DNA of 62,083 bases, counting the filler, from Catajapyx aquilonaris (Eukaryota): assembly GCA_000934665.2 (NCBI GenBank). It is 2 parts of 2 records of this genome, joined end to end, with 100 filler letters (N's around TTAATTAATTAA, not from the genome) between each part and the next. Parts side by side here need not be neighbours in the genome. Positions count along the whole stretch, not along the records: positions 1 to 30,989 come from KZ539178.1; 1 more part is not named here. One strand, 5' to 3'. The position numbers were made by a program, and so were the translations under genes. Below the pieces are notes generated by a model that saw only the letters and a list, made by a program, of their open reading frames with translations, searched no databases and was not told where the DNA came from. Positions 11,256 to 24,159 of this stretch are shown in pieces. Position 1 is the first letter of the stretch; every line of letters starts with the position of its first letter.

Positions 11256-13077
11256 TATATCATGGGCATGCAAGTGAAATCTGCTCATAAGTCCAATTTT
11301 GGCAGTTATGAGTTATTTATACCACAAAGCAGCTTTTTCTTGGCACTATTGCCTGGTGAAGGCCATTTTGTTCTAAAGATTCCCAATGAACCAGGAAGCC
11401 AAGATTTTCTGTCTTTACTAGCATGTAAACAAGTGCAAGGCCTAATCTTCGCCTTTGATTGTCTCAAAACTGGCTTTTTGGACTTACTAGCGATGTTTCA
11501 GAGATCCGACTCAACAGACATTTTATTATAGCATTTGAAAAGGCTAATTATGCTGATTACAAAGAGCCATACAAGAACTGCTAGATCACAGCCGATTTTG
11601 AGAAAATACACTTCAAAGTTTCCCTAGTTTTTCAAGCTAATCTATTGCGCAAGGACCTAATACGATTTTGGCAGCTGCAGACACCAATGGAATATATCTG
11701 CTGCAATCAACTACCAACATCTAAATGAAATCTTGAGTGAAACAAAAGATAACTTATTGGATTTTATTGAAAACATGACATTATTCAATATTATAAGTTG
11801 AGCAATTAGGGTTAAGAAAAAAGTGATCAAAGCAGAATGTCTCTTTGTACCAAGAGCAATGTATAAAGCTTGTAGTCTCGCAGTCAGCAATAGTAAAATC
11901 GCTTCCAAATTTTACGCAAAACTTTTCTTAGTTCTAGGAGTGCTCCCATTTCTTCCCATCATCACAATCTATTGTGTAGGCCAGGGCTACTCAACTAATT
12001 TTTGATCAGGTCCAATATGCAATGTTACCTTTCAACGAAGGTCCAGAGCCTCAATTCCTTTCCCAAAAATAAATTCATTCAGAGATGTGACATTTTTGCT
12101 TCAAGTTTTGCTTCCAGGTGGAAACTCACTTGTCAGTGACTTGGTGGCATGCTCAGTTGTAAAATGTCTCATCAAAATATGTCTTCCAGTATCTATTTTG
12201 CAGTGGCCCACAATAACTTTCACGAAAGTTGCCCTTAAAAATATTCAATGAAAGAGTGTCAATCAGGTTTTTAATGTTCTTTCAGTAGTGAGAAGCTGGC
12301 CTTGAAATTGATAATTTGCAATTTGTTGCACTTGAAATGGCCACAGAAGACCTTTCAGTATTTTATTTGAATTTTTCTGACAAAGGTAGATTTTGGCCAA
12401 TTTTTTGAGTAGCATATTGTTCACAAACAATAAGCTTAATAATATTTAAAATATGAATATGGGGCATTCCCCATCATCTTGACCAGATTCCAACAAACCT
12501 TTGCCAATTTCGACCAAAATCCACATGTTTGTAGTAAAGGAGATCGGGGTCGGTTGTGACACTATTTAGTCTGGATTTTTTAATTCAGCTACATATGCAT
12601 TTAGGCAAAGGTTTATGACATGGTGGAATTACGGCAACATTCCTCTTTGTAAAATTAACATAGTAAAATCTTAATATTAAAAATTTGTAGATTTATAAAT
12701 ATTTTTCCAAGGCAAGGAAGTGTGTTACAACCGACCCCATCATAGTGGCAGTTGTAACAGAGGGTGGGGTCGATTGTAACACTAAGTCTTAAGGGAAAAA
12801 TGTAATATGGAAGAACAATTTACACCCACTCATCTTCTCGGCAATTGTCTTACAGCCTACCTGATCCACCTAGATTACTCTTTATCTCTTGATACGCTGG
12901 AATTTATTCAGCAGAATAGAATTGCAAGTGAATGGATTTTTTATTCATATTTTTCGACAAACTGGTTATAAGAGGCTTTATTACCCAAAACAAGAACTAT
13001 TTCTACTCTCAATATCCTGTGAGATATGAGATGTGTAGCTGTAACATCTGTACTTGATTCTCCCATGATTTTATCAT

Positions 13078-13160
13078 GTTACAACTGACTCCAAGGAAGC
13101 TGTTACAACTGACTCCAAGGAAGCTGTTACAACTGACTCCAAGGAAGCTGTTACAACCGT
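13078..13160. repeat. 24-bp tandem repeat x3.5 at the end of a MITE-like element (about 12535-13165)
   Basis: (TGTTACAACTGACTCCAAGGAAGC)n; related GGGTCGGTTGTRAC / GTTACAACCGACCCC motifs in both orientations at 12547-12780. Confidence 0.75.
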
Positions 13161-14480
13161 CCCCATTGCATGTTGTCTTGTAGATATGCCTACTACTTTT
13201 TAACTGTGCACATGATTTGGTCAACCATACTTCAGTGTGACCCCACTAAAAGAACCTTTCTCATGATATCAATAGCAATTCAATGTCACATCTACTCTTC
13301 ACATAATCACGTGATTACTGCCACTCAAAAAAGTAGGGAACATACCTTGATTTTGGTTTTTTGCATATGGGTCAATAGTGAAAAAAGGTGATATTTCATT
13401 TCCCACAAAAATTAATGTAACCCTGTAATGCCCACTGGGTCATATCTGGCACACCATTTAGTGCAATTTTTGCAATTTTTATATTTCCTGTAAGTGCCAA
13501 ATTGCACTAAATGGTGTGCCAGATATGATTTTTTCAGGGCAAATAGAAAATGACACTGAAAAATAGCCAGTGTCATTCTTCCATCATTTCGACAGCGGTA
13601 CTTCGTGTAATTTATCCGTAATAATCAGAGACCAAGCCCTGACAGCCTCTGCCCGATTTGAAATGGCCAGCTGTATACACAGTTAAGACTACAGCGTCTA
13701 CTTATCCTTGACGAACTAAGTGTGCCAAGTGAACCAAGTGGCTAGCACAGTTCGCAATATAAATGTAAGTAATAGTTCAAATGTAATGAACAAGAAATGT
13801 GGAAATTCAGAGTATACTCGAGACCTATCCGTATGCTTACATCTGACAATACGTAGTGTACAGCTACGAGTGCATTATTTGTCGGAAAGTGGTCAAGTTG
13901 ACATGGAATGTCCCATATGTATGATTCCCCACTGCAACACACCATTTAAATGCCACATTGTACAAAAAGACTGATTTAATTAAATGTTATTTTAAGTGGC
14001 CAAAATGATACTCATAAATTCGGCCATCATCTATAATTGTCAGGAAATAACTAACTATGGCAGGATCCTAGGGCTTTCTGTGGCCATTTTAAATGCAAAG
14101 AAATTCTTAACCCTACATGCAGGCATTACATTCATGATTATGCATACTTTCATTTATTTTTTGGACATGGATGCGATTTGGACAACCTTGTCTCAGATTC
14201 CAGATCTGGACTGCAGTCTGCCAGTCATATTCATTCTTAAAAAATTAAAAAACTTAAAATCAAAGACGGTGGCCATAATTTTAATTTTGATATTGACCAT
14301 TAATCAACCCCTATGATTTCTTTTGAATGGCACATGATAAGAGCTATGTTTACTTGAAATTTACACAAAATTTGAAGAACTGAAATTTGTTGTTTCAAAA
14401 ACATAAAAACATTTTAGGTGCCACACGCGTACCACAAATGTACTCTCCTCAATTGGGAACTACATTTCACTCGATTTCAC

Positions 14481-15098
14481 ATTTACTCGAGTGTTTTTGT
14501 CATTTAAAAATATGGGAATAAATAGGATGCATCGTAGAATCAGGTACAAAGCATTCTTCCATAGCTAACATGTGACTACGTAGATTCAGAGGGAACTTAT
14601 ATTCAAGTAAATATGAAACTTGATCTTTCCACAAAAAGACTTGAAAGTGGGGGCCTTTTTAGCATGATGCGGTTTGTCTTTTTAATTGCGCACTGGCATC
14701 TGTGTTTATTCCCCCCTATCCCGGATTCTCAAATCAGCCTTTCTTATTATATATGATATTAAATTTTCAACACAATAGTACTGTGTTGTGTACGTATTGT
14801 GTTGAAAATTTCATATCACATACCGTATAATAAGAAAGGTTGATTTGAGACTGCTGGACAGGGGGGAATAAACACAGATGGCAGTGCGCAATTAAAAAGA
14901 CAAATCACATCATGCTAAAAAGACCCCCATTTTCAAGTCTTTTGTGGAAAGATCCAGTTTCATATTTACTTGAATACTATAAGTGCCCTCTGAATCTAAG
15001 TAGTCAAATGTTAGCTATGGAAGAATTCTTTGTACCTGATTCTGCGATGCACCCTATTTATTCCCATATTTTTAAATGACAAAAACACTCGAGTAAAT
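14481..15098. repeat. Large foldback element (arms about 300 bp), probably a MITE
   Basis: ATTTACTCGAGTGTTTTTGTC...GACAAAAACACTCGAGTAAAT; arms pair along their length to a centre near 14790; no clear TSD. Confidence 0.85.
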
Positions 15099-15407
15099 AC
15101 GATATTTACCCTGATGATTTGCCCAAGGAATGTCCAAAGTGTATGAATCAAGACTGTAATGTTTGCTTAAGGTACAGTACATAATGTAGTTTGCAAGCTG
15201 TGACAATTTTCCTTTACAGCTTCATTTCTCAAAATGTACTCTGGGTGGGATGGGGCCTTCTTGCACCCAGCCCCTCAATTGTAGGTCTGTGAATCTGAAA
15301 CATTGTCTGCCAACACCTGTGCCAGTGAGTCAAGTCTCTCTTCTCAGCATTTCCAGCATGATACAAATCTCAGCTGACATTAAGGTCACCCAGTATGCCA
15401 AACTTAC

Positions 15408-15624
15408 CAGTATTGCCCTGTTGTGCACTGGATCCCTTATCGAATTGATCCATGGTGTTGCTAAGTAGGACCCAGGAGATGACATGTGCGACTGTGCAGA
15501 CCCCCCACTACCAGTGTCCAACCCCCTATCGGAAGAGGAAACAGGTGACAATAAATGAAAAGCCTCATCCAAATGAGCGTCAAGCGTGGATGCTGGACGA
15601 TTTGGACATATGAGGCTGCTGCGC
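15408..15624 (-). CDS. ANAPC1: ANAPC1 internal exon
   Basis: ttttag|G...CTG|gtaagt, 217 nt, phase 2 to 0; RSSL...LDEAFHLLSPV...INSIRDPVHNRAIL matches APC1 LLSPV...IHSIRDPVHNRVTL. Confidence 0.92.
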
Positions 15625-16213
15625 CTAAAAGAACAAAAACCAGGCTTTAGTGCCATTGTACCGATAACTAATTAACATGAGCTGTTGGGAAATTCTCATT
15701 CTTTGGTAGCATCTAACAAAGGCAACCCTATGTGAAATATTTTATAATTTAAATACTCCATGGTTTTATGGTAAAATACCCAAGATTCCCAAGATTTGCA
15801 CATCTTTTGATTCAATGTACAAATTCATCTACTGGAGGTATCACTAGAGCCCTGCAAACAATATCTACAAGCAAAATAAATTCTTGTATCCAATAAATTG
15901 CCTTCCTCCTGTGAACATAGAATAGCTCAGTGGGATATTACCACTTTTCTGTCTGAGGTCAAAGTTCTCTCAATTATTCATGCAGAGCAAATATGCCAGC
16001 TATTAATTTTGAGACTTCCAAGTGTACCTCTAGTGACTCTTCCCTTTCTCATGGTACCATGACATCATGGCAAAGGATCAGCACTGTACACATTTACCAG
16101 AAAATTGAAAGATCATGTTGAATGAACAAGTATTATTATGTACTACCAGTAGTAATTATTCGCATTAACACAGTGGGAAAAAAACCAAGGTGCCTAGATA
16201 ATACAGTTATTAC

Positions 16214-16383
16214 CTTGGGCCCTGTCCAGGTGAGAAAGCCCTGATACCAAAAGGTAGTGGGGATGGCATGTTTCCAAGCCCTGTGGGAATCCTTCCCTGC
16301 ATATGGACCCGACTCACTCGCATGGCTCCCGTGTACAGAACCACATTGTAGGTCAGATCAAGAGCCAATATCATGTTCAGGGC
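16214..16383 (-). CDS. ANAPC1: ANAPC1 internal exon
   Basis: 170 nt, phase 0 to 2; ALNMILALDLTYNVVLYTGAMRVSRVH resembles APC1 ...LVLYTGVVRVGKV; acceptor is ttttgag (GAG), donor gtaat. Confidence 0.85.
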
Positions 16384-16676
16384 CTCAAAAGAAAATGGGA
16401 AAAAAGAATGAGGTTTCTCTAAAGAAAGCAATACATACACACTGTCACAAGGCAACAACTTAATCAGCACAATTGTGGCAGCATGAGTAATAACTCATGA
16501 ACTTCATGATTACATTTCTCAGGATATATTGCGAAGCTTGCATAACTGTAGGGCAAGTCCACAAATGTCTCTAAATATTAAGTTACAGAGCAGGTATAAA
16601 GGTACACTTTAATTATTCTAGTATCTAAGTAATGCATGTTCCTTTAACCCTCTGGCTACCATCACATGAAAATTAA

Positions 16677-17708
16677 CCCTTTGCTGCCTACGGCCATCAT
16701 ATGATTTCCGAGCTTGCATTGCTGGAGGGCCTACGGACATCATATGATGTCCGAAGATTTGCCCTGCCAACTTGGGTCATTTTTCAACGCAAAAAATTTC
16801 AACCTCACCGATTTTCTTGAAATTCGGTGCATTGGTAGCCCACCCCAAGGGATGAAAAACGCACCTATAGTTACCTGATAAAAATGACCTCGTGACCCAA
16901 TTTTGAGGGGGCAGAGGTCAAATCAGAAAATTTCAACCTCACCGATTTTCTTGAAATTCGGTGCATTGGTAGCCCACACCAAGGGATGAAAAACGCAACT
17001 ATAGTTACCTGATCAAAATGACCTCGTGACCCAATTTTGAGGGGGGCAGAGGTCAAATTTCGACCTCACCGGATTTTTTTCAAATTCGGTGCATTGGTAG
17101 CCCACACCAAGGGATGAAAAACGCATCTATAGTTACCTAATCAAAATGACCTCGTGACCCAATTTTGAGGGGGGCAGATATCAAATCATAAAATTCCGAC
17201 CTCACCGATAGGTAGGGCTGCGCGCATATCCGAAATTGCATATAGACTTTCGATACTAAAAAAATATCGCATCGAAGTCGATATATCGAAAATCGAAAAA
17301 CCGACATCGCAAAATATCGCAAACCGACATCGCGATATTTTGCGATATTTTCGATGTCGGTTTGCGATATTTTGCGATATTTTTCGATGTCGGTTTTTCG
17401 ATTTTCGATATATCGACTTCGATTCGATATTTTTTGAGTATCGAAAGTCGATATGCAATTTCGGATATCGCACAGCCCTACTCACCGATTTTCTTGAAAT
17501 TCGGTGCATTGACATATGTCCCCCTCCAATATGGGTCACAGGGTCATGTCGAGCAGGGAACTATAGGTGCGTTTTTCATCCCTTGGTGTGGGCTACCAAT
17601 GCACCGAATTTCAAGAAAATCGGCGAGGTCATAAAATTTCCGGAAAAGGGGAAAAAAAACTCAGGCCCTGGGGTAATGCAATCCCTCAAAAACTCCGTCA
17701 TCAAAGGG
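16677..17708. mobile_element. piggyBac-type MITE with internal ~130-bp tandem repeats
   Basis: TTAA|CCCTTTG...CAAAGGG|TTAA; three direct copies and one inverted copy of the CTCACCGATTTTCTTGAAATTCGGTGCATTGGTAGCCCAC unit; a related fragment lies at about 59325-59410. Confidence 0.85.
17209..17480. mobile_element. hAT-like palindromic MITE nested in the piggyBac MITE
   Basis: TAGGGCTG...CAGCCCTA, 8-bp TSD CTCACCGA (17201-17208, 17481-17488), ATCG-rich subterminal repeats. Confidence 0.85.
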
Positions 17709-19551
17709 TTAATATGCACAAATATTGGCAGCAATTATTTTCTTGTGAAAATATGGCTAACCGTTGCCAAGATCTAAGTCATTTGCTTTTGAGCCTTGAG
17801 GTAGAGGGCCATTGCAGTGCAGGTGCTGTGACTGCCACCCTTTTGACCTTCAGGCTGACCTACTAATGTGACTACTAATGCTTACACACAGTTACCAGAG
17901 TCACTCTATTGACTAATCAATGTGCTCTGCATGATCCATGGCATTCAGATGCCTGTAGAAATAATGGAATTAGCAAGTGTGACAGTACCAACTGTAAAAC
18001 AGGGAGCTGTATAAAATTATAATGTCCTCTAACTGCTGACGGTAAAAACTTCCCCATATGTAGGGAGTTCCTGTTGTATCTACAAACCCAACATTTTCCG
18101 GCATGGTGGGGGTACTCTTTGGTAATATGTCACTAATATATTCACAGGCAATGGCATCCTTTTGGCTGAAATTTTTTTATAGAAGATGCCCCATTCAAAT
18201 GGACCACTGTACCCCGATGCCTGGGGCACAGTGGTCCGGAAGTGATGGGACCCATAATTCACACACGAAGTATACGAGTATTTGATATTTTATTGGACAT
18301 CTAACCCCTCTAAATAAATAGGAAATAATAAAAAGGAACTTCTGTTACTGCAACCTGCGGACACAAGTGAAACAGCGTCTTTCTCCGGAAAGTAGACCTT
18401 GTCCTGCCACATCCTTTGGCACATGAACTTTATTTTATACTAGTGTCTGTCAAAACCATTGGGATATAAACCTACGATGACATTAATTACTGTACAGAGG
18501 CAAAAGGGGGCATGGTCGTCCACAAAAAGGTGCACACTGGTCTATGGACCACTGTGCCCCAGAGGGCAGCAATGGACATGATGTTATGAATCGTAGCTTC
18601 CATTGCAAACGACGCTTTCCAAATTTCCAGCATCGATATTCAACAACATTTTTACATCAGGATCATGCCCAGCATCTACACCTGACATGGCATTTAAACT
18701 ATGGGTTAAAAGTTACTTCACTACCCTTCAAGTAGCTTTCCCCTGATACAACAGGATTGCAGGCATCTCAGAGGTGGCTGTCATGTTGACAGGATGCACA
18801 ATAGGGACTTGTTTCACGAGGTACCAGATGAAGATGTTATTCCGGTTTCTTATATTTTAAAAATAGAAAGGATCACTGTGCCCCGCTCTCCCCTACTATG
18901 CTTTCGAAAATAATTTCTACGCAAAACTTATTTTCGGAACGACCCTCACAACATTCGAAAAGCCATACATTCCTACACCCGCACATATGGCCATTTTTAG
19001 ATACCCTGCGACTGATTCAGCACCCCATCATGGTGGAGGGGATGGGTGCTGGGTGGGTTAAGGGGGAAGGGTCGAGGCAGCCCCCTGACACATCCAGCCC
19101 AGCCGTGTGTTACCAGTTGTTTAATATAAAAGTCTCCGCTATGCGGGGAATGTGGCGCTGGTGCGCCCACACAGCCATCTACTGGGGGGTCGGTTCAGGT
19201 TGGCTGCCTTCTGAACCAACCCAAACTGTCCTTTCCTCGGAGGCCGTTTGCAGACTAGGATTCGGGTGGCTGGCAGCGGTAGATGGCTGTTGTGGCGTGC
19301 AAGCACCAAATTCTCCGCATGGCGGAGACTTTTATATTAAACTACTGTATCGTATTTGTGTCAGGGAGCTGGGTCGAGGTGACAGAAGACACGCTGCGCA
19401 ATGTTTGCCTGCCACCAGTCATCTAGCAACTGAATAGGTCCTCCGCCCATTGTGCATGCGCAGAACGGGGCCAATTGGAAGTGTCGCACAAATAATATAT
19501 GGTGGGCCAATCGGAAGGCTCGGTCATACAACAAAGGATTTTAATATTATA

Positions 19552-20129
19552 CGAGGGCCGTTCTAAAATGATTTACAGTACATTTTATTTTTTTGCCACA
19601 AATAGAGTGCCCGTACAGATCAGCAGATCTGCACACATTATCGATACAATCCTCCTGGAACCGAATACACAGGAGTCATGGGTGTGGAACCTCTCCGTGT
19701 CCTCCAGGAACGACTTTTTGGAGGTCTGGCGCCCCCACTGCTTACAGTCAACAAAGTCCTCGACATGGCGTCGGCAAATGGGTTTTTTCATGTCTCTGAA
19801 CAGGTGCAAGTTACTGGGTGCCATGTCAGGTGAGTACGGTGGGTGTGGAAGTTCCCAAACCCAGATCCAGGTAAGAACCCCTTTGCCGATGCCATTTCGA
19901 GGACATTGTTTACAGTTGTTGACTGTGAGCAGTTGTCCGGTATTGGATGGATGCGTCCCACCTCCAAAAAGTGGTTCCTGGAGGCCCTGGAGAGGTTGAC
20001 ACACCTGTGGTGGTATGCCATTCGGCTCCAGGAGGATTCTAGCTATAATGTGTAACTATCTGCCGACCTGCATGGGCACTGTATTTGTGGCAAATAAATA
20101 AATTGTAAATCATTTTAGTATGGCCCTCA
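19552..20129 (-). mobile_element. Internally deleted mariner derivative
   Basis: TA|CGAGGGCCG...; terminal inverted arms of about 75 bp; minus-strand ELPHPPYSPDMAPSNLHLF (mariner YSPDLAP motif). Confidence 0.85.
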
Positions 20130-20486
20130 GATAGATTGAGCAAATGTATATGACAACGTACCATACACCCCAAGAAAGGTGAAAGCACTACCCAGAAATC
20201 AAACCTTGGCAGGGTTCCTTAGTAGTTTCTACCTGCACTTAAGAACTGGGCAGGGGTTAATCAGCTAGCTCTTCAAAAGGGTTGAATATCACACATTCAT
20301 GCCCAGGGGAAATCGCACCAACATTAAAATGGTTCTTTACCTTATGGCTACAAAAAAAATCTCATAATTTCTTTGCTATAGTTACCCATATTTTTACAAA
20401 ATACCAAATCATTCACAAATTCTGAGCAAGTGATTTCCTTAAGATAGAATCAAAGACCTATCCAGTTAAAATAGTAACATACTTAC

Positions 20487-20949
20487 AGGAAGTGGTACAG
20501 CATCCTTGGCTGCAACTACAGTGACCACCCCAAAGATAAGGTGGCTTGTGTTGGCAACTTCATATTTGACCATCCTTAGTTGACCCTGACTCCCAACCAC
20601 TAGGCACAGGTAATGCTGACCAACTAAATCACAAGTTAAGAACACTTTGTGAGCCTTTCCTCCTACACCCTTACTGCCTGGAGTGCCTCCTCCACTCCCT
20701 CCTCCTTCGATCCACAATACATCCACGCACACATCAGGCCTTAATGGCTCAGGAACAGCAGTAGTTTCGGGACATGAACTATGGACACGAAGGTGAGCTC
20801 CAAACATGTCTCGACCACCAGGACTGAGAAATCCTGAGCTACTATAACTGCTCCCTGACCGACTATTGCCTGCACCTGCAAAGGATGTTCCTGGTGTGCG
20901 AAACACATGGGCAGGCCAACTCCCAGATGTTCCAAAAGAATGTGTTTGG
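20487..20949 (-). CDS. ANAPC1: ANAPC1 internal exon
   Basis: ttccag|C...CCT|gtaagt, 463 nt, phase 2 to 0; PEPLRPDVCVDVLWIE...AHKVFLTCDLVGQHYLC...LIFG...AKDAVP matches APC1 EPIVPELCIDHLWTE...ASKVFITSDLCGQKFLC...LIFG...AKDAAP. Confidence 0.93.
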
Positions 20950-21234
20950 CTGGAAATAAGCATTTCAGTGTTAGCCATGACCAGTATTTCACGGGGATTG
21001 ATTTGACATAACAAGTGCAAGGATCTGTTCTAGGATTGGTATTGTGATGACCTAAAACTAATTTCCGCTGGAATTATTTCTGATAATGTTCGCTGAGAAA
21101 ATGAGATTTTTAATGATTTTCATTTTGAATGTTGAAATCCCAGTTTGAAAGTTCATGAACTTGCAATTTTTTCACATTTAAAATGGCTGCAGATGACACT
21201 AGAAACTTCCAAAAAATTTAATTTTCAGTTTAAC

Positions 21235-21808
21235 CTGTTGAGGCGACGAGCATCATATGAGGATCTGCGGATTTTTTAATTTGGTGAGCTAAAATGTGGA
21301 CAGAGAATTCGAACTTTGTGGGTCCAAATGAGGTTCACTATACTCCTGCCATCACTTGGGTGGTGACTAAACTACCTTCGCACTCCCACAATCCACTCAG
21401 CAGGAGCCAAGCTGAGTCGAACATGCCAAGGTGACGTGGCTGACTCATCATCTTTCATGTAAACAAACGCCCTGAGTACAGGGTGTCCCGTACAGTCTGA
21501 ACCCTTGGGAGTTTCTCATAGCAGCGTTGTGGTAATATTATGTAACCTTCATAACAGCGTATAGTGACTATGTAAACTTGTTAGGCCTATCGACGTTCTG
21601 AGAGCCAGGAGATTCTTTAAAAATTATTTCTGGAACACCCTGTAGATGAATATTTTCCAGCATTTTACATTCAAAAGGACCACCATGAATTTAAATGATT
21701 AATTTTGGCGCTAAGTTGTCATTCATGAATATCACTCCTACATCAAATTTTGGACCAAAAAAATGAGAAAAAGCCACAAAAACAACAAGAAACTTAGTCC
21801 TCAGCAGG
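21235..21808. mobile_element. piggyBac-like MITE containing a small Tc1-type MITE (about 21479-21642)
   Basis: TTAA|CCTGTTGAGG...CCTCAGCAGG|TTAC; inner TA|CAGGGTGT...ACACCCTG|TA. Confidence 0.6.
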
Positions 21809-22479
21809 TTACTGATAATTGATTTGCGTTGCTAATTTTTCACTAAACCGTATTTAATAAAAATCAATGCACAGCTTAGCAATGCCTGTGCTGATACCTG
21901 CAGGTAGGGATGGGTCAGCCACCTTACTGTGGCGTTAATGAAGATTGCTTATATTTGAAACTAAAATCAATTAATTTTTGGGCAATATATGCTGATGGGG
22001 TTTAGGTTTTAGTTTGGGTTCCCATCATGAAAAAATTAGGACATCATGGTCAATGACCCTTTTTTTTGCGAAATTCTTTTCTTTAAGGGGCAAAAGTGTT
22101 TATGCTGGTAAAATTTGTTTGTTTAATTTTTGCCACATTTTGTCCTTAGAAAATTTTTAACAATTTCTCATTTCTGTTAAATAAAAAAGCATCACAGAAA
22201 TTGCATTCCACTGCATCAGAAATACTTGGGTCTAAGATAAGAATTTTATTTGCTGCTAGTACAGCAATGTATCAAGCAGTGCAGCTAGTGCAAAAAGGCA
22301 CTGGTCATTCATTTCATTATAAAGAAAATTGTGGGACATCAAGTGGGCTGCTCTGTATAATTCACTTATAGGCTCAAAATACACTTATTACCAATTAGAA
22401 AATTTCAGTAGGAGAGGTGGCAAAACTTCGTAAATGTTTTTCATCTAACCAATCAAGGCACTACATACAAATGTCTGAC

Positions 22480-22781
22480 CTGTGCGTAAGGATTCTTTGA
22501 GATGGGCTATGGCACCTGGAAGTGATCGGTGTATGTGACCTGCTCCCTCCTGAACTACTTCCACCACCATCACTGCCTTTCCCTCCTCCAACCCACAATC
22601 CTGCTGGGCTGGAGGAGGAGACCACACCCCCTGCAACATTGACCAGAGGTGGCGTTGGTGAGGAACCAGTTAACAAGCGGCATATGACAGCAGACAAAGA
22701 GGTATCCTGGAGACTGGAGGGTCCTTCCAGTGAGTTCAGCCCCCGGCTCCAAGGAGTCTCAGGACATACCAGTCTTGTTTC
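22480..22781 (-). CDS. ANAPC1: ANAPC1 internal exon (Ser/Gly/Pro-rich loop)
   Basis: tgtcag|GAA...CAC AG|gtcag, 302 nt open frame, phase 0 to 2 fitting both neighbours; ends TPITSRCHSPS, like the APC1 SRAHSP motif. Confidence 0.82.
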
Positions 22782-23277
22782 CTGACAAACAATAAGGTGT
22801 CAGTAATATGGCAAGGTTTGCAGTAAACAAACATACTTCAAATGGGAGTAGTGAGTAAGTATAAAGTATCACACTTTGGCATGGGGATGAGGTGATGCTT
22901 AATGCATATCAGGAAAAATTGCACATGCAAAAAAACTTGCCATGTTGCCATATAGTGTTTCGACATTTACATAAATCATGAAATGTCCATAAAATGTAAC
23001 ACAGTGAAATTACAAATTTTTTGATATATTAATGGGTTTTAAGAAGGTTTCAGTGGTAATTTTAGCTCTAAAATGAAGTATATGAGGTTATCTGATTTGC
23101 CTTGTTTCCGCACATACAAAGGGGCTGTAGATGCTGTGTTGAAGGTCACTTTTAATGCTCCAGAGAGTGACTTTGTGCTCATAATCAATCATCCCACGTG
23201 TAGCTTGCACTTCAAACAACATTTGCCACAATCAACAGCCTGGAACATTCACACAACCAAAAACCAGCTGTCATAAT

Positions 23278-23462
23278 AGGGTTCGGGAGTAGTAGGTGAT
23301 AACCCTCAAATGGGTCGTAATTGAGTTATCACCTTCTTCTCCCGAACCCCATTGTAATCCACATGTCCAAAAAAAGAAGAGGGATAAATAGGGTTCGGGA
23401 GAACAAGGTGATAACTCAATTCCGACCCATTTGAGGGTTATCACCTTCTCCTCCCGAACCCT
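23278..23462. repeat. Double-hairpin palindromic mini-element
   Basis: Two ~73-bp self-complementary units (GGGTTCGGGAG...CTCCCGAACCC) that are also inverted copies of each other. Confidence 0.75.
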
Positions 23463-24159
23463 TCAATATTATTACATGTGCTCAACTTAAAATGACCCAA
23501 TAGCAAGTATATAATATTGTAATAACATTGTTGAGCAACAGCAAACAATCTGTAAACAAAGCATTATTAGGCATGCTGTTATATTAAATTCAGTTCAGTT
23601 TGGTAGCCTATTCAGTATATCACCAAACCCTACAAAGTGTTGAAAATTTCACATTCCAAGGTGGTGAAAGTCCTAAATTGCCGTTTTCAGCCGTTTCCGA
23701 GATATAAGCAACAGAAACATCAGAATTTTTGGTCGCGTGCATATAAAAAATTATACTGCAACTTATGGCCGCCCTGGAGGGCGACTGCCCTTCGGCAATT
23801 ACCTTTTCTGCCTATCGAGGTCAATCAAACACTCAAAAATGTGATTTTTTTTGTGATCTAGCTTTTATTTCTTATTCTTGTATTTGAAAAGAATTATTTA
23901 TTGTACCTCGCACCTGCCCCTAGGCAAGTGCCTACTGTGCCTACTGGGAAATCCAGAGCAGCCTATACCCACGACCAAATTCGGATGTTTCTGTCGCTCA
24001 TATCTCGGAAACAGCTGAAAACGGCAATTTAGGACTTTCACCACTGTGTTTATGGCATATGATTGACCCCTCATGCAAGTTTCAGCCAAACAGGAGGCAA
24101 CCACCCTTGGTCATTCCCTAAGTGGCAGAATGCATCAGTCAGGAAACAAATAATTTTAA

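Noticed and set aside
17137..17777. Overlapping 90-145 aa ORFs
   Set aside because: Produced by the stop-poor palindromic ATCG-rich MITE.
18898..19999. 179 aa and 166 aa plus-strand ORFs
   Set aside because: They span a MITE and the antisense strand of a mariner remnant; no recognisable protein.
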